DNA from: Pseudomonadota bacterium
Lineage (GTDB): Bacteria; Desulfobacterota; Binatia; Binatales; Binataceae
Assembly: GCA_021324855.1 (NCBI GenBank)
Contig: JAJPIG010000028.1
Location: 1,579-65,578 of the forward strand
Reading direction: 5' to 3'
DNA: 64,000 bases
In this document: one piece after another, positions 60,068 through 64,000 of the stretch
Position numbering within the stretch: position 1 is the first letter of the stretch
Layout of the letters: each line of letters starts with the position of its first letter
Made by a program: the position numbers and the translations under genes
Notes under the pieces: generated by a model
What the model was told of the DNA's origin: nothing
The model's input: only the letters and a program-made list of their open reading frames with translations
Database searches by the model: none

Positions 60068-61188
60068 GTTGCTTGCTCCAATCCGATGGCGCCGGGCGGG
60101 TAATGGCTGAGCAGCCGGCCGTCGAAGTCCACCATCCAGGCCTGAACTTCAAGGTCTCCACCGGCATGACGCGTTCCATTCTCGACAACGCGACAGCAGA
60201 CAAGCGACGCGATCGCGAGCTTTTCCGCCGAGCACAGCTCGAGCACGCGGCGGGCGGTCGCCGCACTACGAATTTCCGCGCACAGGGCGTCACTCGCGCC
60301 CAGTTGCGCGGCGAAGCTCGCGAGCAGCTCCATGTTGACCTCGGAGCCGGCCGCATGAGTCTGCATTCGTCCGTCCGCCATCTTTGACAACTTGCCGATC
60401 ATTCCCACGATGATCGCCCGCCTGAGCCCGCGGCGCTCGCAATGCTTGAGCGCGGTGCCCACGAAGTCGCCCATCTGGATGAAGGCGTCCTCAGGCAACC
60501 GAGGGAACAGCTTCATGGCGTATGCCTCCGACTTTCCGCCGGTCGTCAATACCAGGTCCGTAAGGCCGCGTTCGGCAGCCACGTCGATCGCCTGCACCAC
60601 GCTCGCCTTGAACGCTGCGGTGGAATATGGGCGGACGATACCGGTCGTGCCGAGTATCGAGATTCCGCCGAGCAGGCCGAGCCGGGCATTGATGGTCTGT
60701 TTTGCCATTTCCTCGCCGCCGGGCACGCTGATCATCACTACGGCCCCTCTGCGCGCGCTGCCGGCAAGCTCCTCTTCGACCATCTCAACGATGTTCCGGC
60801 GCGGAGGCGCTGTAATCGACGGACCGCCGACTTCCAGACCCAGTCCGGGCTTGGTCACGATCGCAACGCCGGCGCCGCCGCGCACCTCGACGCCGGGCGC
60901 GTCTCGCAGTTCGACTCGGGCCACCAGCTCCGCGCCGTGAGTGCAATCCGGATCGTCGCCGGCATCTTTGATCACGCTGCAAACGGCATCGGCATCCGAA
61001 CGTTCGCAGCGCTTGAGCGCAAACGTTACCTTCATGCGGTTGGGCAAAGTGGTTTCGATTTCGGTGAGCGTAACGTTCCTTACCAGGCAGCGGGCGGCAG
61101 CTTTCGCCGCCGCGGCCGCGCAGGCACCGGTCGTAAATCCGGTCCTGAGACCTCTTCGATTTCGCGGTGGGACGCTGGTTTCAGCCAT
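60064..61188 (-). CDS. cbiD: Cobalt-precorrin-5B C1-methyltransferase
   Basis: LRTGFTTGACAAAA, KDAGDDPDCTH, N.RLG..GGISILGTTG.V.PYS, GDFVG, GKLSK. Confidence 0.96.
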   Translation of the reverse strand: MAETSVPPRNRRGLRTGFTTGACAAAAAKAAARCLVRNVTLTEIETTLPNRMKVTFALKRCERSDADAVCSVIKDAGDDPDCTHGAELVARVELRDAPGVEVRGGAGVAIVTKPGLGLEVGGPSITAPPRRNIVEMVEEELAGSARRGAVVMISVPGGEEMAKQTINARLGLLGGISILGTTGIVRPYSTAAFKASVVQAIDVAAERGLTDLVLTTGGKSEAYAMKLFPRLPEDAFIQMGDFVGTALKHCERRGLRRAIIVGMIGKLSKMADGRMQTHAAGSEVNMELLASFAAQLGASDALCAEIRSAATARRVLELCSAEKLAIASLVCCRVVENGTRHAGGDLEVQAWMVDFDGRLLSHYPPGAIGLEQAT

Positions 61189-61936
61189 CACTGAGCCGCG
61201 ACCCTGCGATTGGGATTCTGCGCTGCGGATTGTTAAAGAACGCCTCGAGGCGGATGTGTTCGCGCGGCACACCGGCGTCCGCCAAATGATCGCGCATTGG
61301 GTAAATCAGCGCTCCGTCGCCAGCCAGATAGGCCCAATCGGGCCGCTGCGTTGCCAGGACGCGGTCGACCGTGGCACGAGCGCAGGCCAAGCGCTCCGGA
61401 TGTCCAACCGCAGGTGCTGCAACGGTTTCGAAGCTGACGCGTTCCGCTTTTATCGACTCGCGGGCGAAGGAGGTCGGGAGAAAGTAGTCGTCCGCCTCAA
61501 CGAACCAGACCACGGTCGTGTCGGCTGCTGGCTCGCGGAACAGGCGTCCGCGCAGCAGGCCAAGTGCCGCCGTGATCCCTGTGTCCGTGGCAAAAACGAG
61601 CTTTGAGCCCGAAGTCGTCTCGGGAAGAAATTTTCCCCACGGTCCGCTGAAGGACACCTCGGCGCCGACGGCGATCCGATGCATGAAGTTCGAGCCGGGG
61701 CCCTCGCCAATGCGGCGCACGGCCAGTTGAAATTTGGTTTGTTCAGCGTCACTGGAAACGATCGAATAAGCCCGTTTCGCCAGTTTGCCGCCGTCGAGCT
61801 CGATGCCGGTGTTGACGATAATGTACTGGCCACCGGTAAACCTGAGCTCGCCCTCTGCCATCGCGAGGCTGAGCAGCCGAGCCTGCGGTCCGATTCGTTC
61901 GGCCCCGATTACGTGCGCAAGCCGGGCATCAGCCAT
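61181..61936 (-). CDS. FNR-family FAD/NAD(P)-binding oxidoreductase
   Basis: GGQY, RAYSI.S (RxYS FAD motif), GPGS, SGPWG.F, ATDTGI (variant of GTGI), LAG, EAFF. Confidence 0.85.
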   Translation of the reverse strand: MADARLAHVIGAERIGPQARLLSLAMAEGELRFTGGQYIIVNTGIELDGGKLAKRAYSIVSSDAEQTKFQLAVRRIGEGPGSNFMHRIAVGAEVSFSGPWGKFLPETTSGSKLVFATDTGITAALGLLRGRLFREPAADTTVVWFVEADDYFLPTSFARESIKAERVSFETVAAPAVGHPERLACARATVDRVLATQRPDWAYLAGDGALIYPMRDHLADAGVPREHIRLEAFFNNPQRRIPIAGSRLSDG

Positions 61937-61938
61937 CT

Positions 61939-62313
61939 TCAGTCCACCGGGTAGATTTCGTGTACGAAGTCGTGCATCTGTTCAAGGTCATTGAATAAGC
62001 GAGTCAAAGCGTCGAGCTGGTTTGAAAGATCAAGTTCGATTTTCTTGGCGAGGATGATCAGGCTCCTCAAATAAGGGAGCTTCGGGTCACTGGGATCGGT
62101 CGTCGCGACCCCCTGCTCGAGCGCCGACACCGCCGCTTCGTAAAAGCGGCACAGGCTTTTCAGGTCGTCCGCGTCGCACATCGAATGGACCGGTCCCGGC
62201 GCGGTGGCGCCGTCGCCCAGCTCCGCGAGTTCGTGTTGCCGCGCGGCTTCGTCGTTGACGCCAAGCAACCGCATCAGCCCAAGTCGCAACGCCGCTATCT
62301 CATTACAAGCCAT
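61939..62313 (-). CDS. DUF3209-like protein
   Basis: MACNEIAALRLGLM..LG N-terminus, YLRSL, DL..MHD; resembles DUF3209 from memory. Confidence 0.75.
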   Translation of the reverse strand: MACNEIAALRLGLMRLLGVNDEAARQHELAELGDGATAPGPVHSMCDADDLKSLCRFYEAAVSALEQGVATTDPSDPKLPYLRSLIILAKKIELDLSNQLDALTRLFNDLEQMHDFVHEIYPVD

Positions 62314-62325
62314 TTCATTCCGCCT

Positions 62326-63510
62326 TCACTGCATGATCGCGTCGATCAGCCGTCCAACCAATCGATCGCCGACCAAGTGACAATCCACCAGTTCATTCGC
62401 ATCCGCCGGGGTCACGCCCCGGTACCAGATTCCATCCGGATAAACGGCAACGGTTGGTCCCTCGCCGCATCGGCCCATGCATGATGTTCTGGTGACTCTG
62501 ATTTCGCGCTCGCGCCCGACGCGCCTGAGCGCTCTGCGAAGTTCCGCCATTAGCGCGATACTGCCGCGCGACGCGCAGTCGACATTTCCGCACACCAGGA
62601 CATGCCTGCGCATCGGCCGATGCGCATGCGCGTGCGGCACGGCCTGCGCGTGAGTTTCCATATGGCGAGCGCTCCATAACAAAGAACGGAATCCGCCGAC
62701 ATTCTCGGCGATCGCGCCGATGGGCACCCGATATTGGCAATTGTCGCAGGGAAGTGACGCCCGCTCGCTCAACGCCTCGTCGATACGCTCATCGAGGGCT
62801 TCGAGCAGTTTCGGATGGACGCCGAGATGGGGCGCGAGAGTCGTCCTGATCCAGGGATAACGCGCGTGGAACTCCTTAACCTGTGCCTCGAGTTGGGAGA
62901 TCAGGCGGCCAGCAAACAGAAAGTACGGGACCACCAGGATTTTTTTTGGACGTACACGAGCAATCAACTCGATCGCTTCGGTGAAAAGCGGCCTGGTGAT
63001 GCCAATAAAAGCTGGCGCCACCCATCCGAAGCCGTGCCCCTCTCCGAGCAGCCTCGCCAACTTGAAAAAATCGCCATTCGCATCGGGGTCGCTGGAGCCA
63101 CGTCCGACGATTACGAGCGCGGTCTGCTTCGCGTCGGCAAGGCCATTGCCAGCTTCATGCGCTCTTTGGTAGGCCAACTCCACCATCGCGGGATGCACAC
63201 CAAGCACGCGTCCGGCCGTGAATCGCACGGCGGGAAACTTGCGCCGCGCGCCTGCAAGCGCCAGCGGGATGTCGTTTTTCACATGACCGGCAGTGAACAG
63301 AAAGAACGGCGCCACCACGACTCGCTCATTATGGCTCGCCATTGCGTCGAGCCCGCCAGGAAGCGAGGGTTCGGCCAGTTCCACGTACGCGTGCTGGACA
63401 TCGAAATTGGTCCGCCGCTTGCGCACGTAATCAACCAGCCCTTCGAACTCTTGGTTAGCGGTTCGGTCACGGCTTCCGTGGCCGACAACCAAGATGCCCG
63501 TGCGTTGCAT
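62326..63510 (-). CDS. cbiX: Long CbiX cobaltochelatase fused to a thioredoxin-like [2Fe-2S] ferredoxin (CbiW-like)
   Basis: VGHGS, YVELAEP, GHVKNDIP, GRGSSD, PYFLF, CDNC, His-rich linker, then VCGNVDC...SCMGRC.EGP..VYPDG.WY. Confidence 0.92.
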   Translation of the reverse strand: MQRTGILVVGHGSRDRTANQEFEGLVDYVRKRRTNFDVQHAYVELAEPSLPGGLDAMASHNERVVVAPFFLFTAGHVKNDIPLALAGARRKFPAVRFTAGRVLGVHPAMVELAYQRAHEAGNGLADAKQTALVIVGRGSSDPDANGDFFKLARLLGEGHGFGWVAPAFIGITRPLFTEAIELIARVRPKKILVVPYFLFAGRLISQLEAQVKEFHARYPWIRTTLAPHLGVHPKLLEALDERIDEALSERASLPCDNCQYRVPIGAIAENVGGFRSLLWSARHMETHAQAVPHAHAHRPMRRHVLVCGNVDCASRGSIALMAELRRALRRVGREREIRVTRTSCMGRCGEGPTVAVYPDGIWYRGVTPADANELVDCHLVGDRLVGRLIDAIMQ

Positions 63511-63588
63511 CTTGCTATCCCCTGAAAATTGCGCACGACGCCACATTCCACGACACGGCATCGGCACCTTCCAGAAAAGATCGCGGCA

Positions 63589-63622
63589 TTAAAAAACCCC
63601 CGCTTCGCATGGAAACGAGGGT
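63589..63622 (-). terminator. Intrinsic terminator of the cobalamin riboswitch expression platform
   Basis: Minus strand ACCCUCGUUUC-CAUGC-GAAGCGGGGGU stem followed by a U tract. Confidence 0.85.
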
Positions 63623-63682
63623 CGTTCAGGCCGGAACAGGGCTGATGGACTCTCCGTTTCCACGCGGAGACTTACGTCCGAA

Positions 63683-63869
63683 CGTTTTGGGTAGGTCTCC
63701 TGGCTCGTGGTTTCAGAGAGCCTCCAGACTCTCTTCACCGCCCTTCAGCCTTCCCCAAGTCAACACGACCTGAGTGGTTCTAATGAAAGGCGGCTTCCCA
63801 CTTACAGTGGCGGGACCGCGCCGGTCTTTCACCGGCTTCCCTGTTATGCCCTAACGGGCACCCAAAACG
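63683..63869 (-). ncRNA. Cobalamin riboswitch
   Basis: Minus strand: P1 CGTTTTGGGT/ACCCAAAACG, AACAGGGAAGCCGGTGAAAGACCGGCGCGGTCCCGCCACTGT, B12 box GAGCCAGGAGACCT; upstream of the cob operon. Confidence 0.96.
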
Positions 63870-63890
63870 GTCAACAACTACGATGTAATC

Positions 63891-63918
63891 AGTATCGGAC
63901 GCAACCTCTGCCTGTCAA
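63891..63918 (-). promoter_or_regulatory. Putative sigma70 promoter for the riboswitch/cob operon
   Basis: Minus strand TTGACA-N16-GATACT, about 20 nt upstream of riboswitch P1. Confidence 0.6.
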
Positions 63919-64000
63919 TCCTTCGCTGGAAAGGACAAATCTGCCACCAGCGCTTTGACAGGATGGTCTGCACCCTAACTTACCCGCATTCATAGGTAGA

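Noticed and set aside
63955-63981. Plus-strand TTGACA...TAACTT divergent promoter
   Set aside because: 15-nt spacer and the downstream gene is outside the window, so it cannot be supported.

Overview
High-GC bacterial chromosomal window. The gene repertoire suggests a Deltaproteobacteria-like lineage such as Candidatus Binatia; this is inference, not a database result. The left ~38 kb is mostly housekeeping: a truncated M1 aminopeptidase, tRNA-Val(CAC), a DHH phosphoesterase, pcnB, ilvE, bcp, amtB, xth, the mreBCD-mrdA-rodA operon, ppiD, larC, dksA, galU, tRNA-Ala(CGC), etfBA with an IclR regulator, an MsrPQ-like Mo-enzyme/cytochrome b pair, a biotin carboxylase with its carrier, csp, moaB, a moaD-moaE fusion, ispH and a deoxynucleoside kinase. 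At 38-42.4 kb lies an uncharacterised module: ECF-type sigma factor, zinc-finger/Asp-box anti-sigma, stand-alone RnfD/NqrB-like membrane protein and exported DUF2330 protein. The same promoter-like motif (ATGCAA-N16-CGTTCAAA) precedes both the anti-sigma gene and the RnfD-like gene. The right ~17.5 kb is a cobalamin-riboswitch-controlled anaerobic B12 operon on the minus strand. It lacks the precorrin-6 reductase CbiJ/CobK but carries three unassigned, tightly coupled genes (FNR-like flavoprotein, DUF3209-like protein, 138-aa unknown), a CbiX-ferredoxin fusion and a CobA with a half-HemD domain. Decayed mobile DNA is present: a TrbF/VirB8 fragment after tRNA-Ala and the 3' end of a group II intron at the edge of the cob operon. 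A candidate structured leader RNA sits at ~9.5-9.7 kb.
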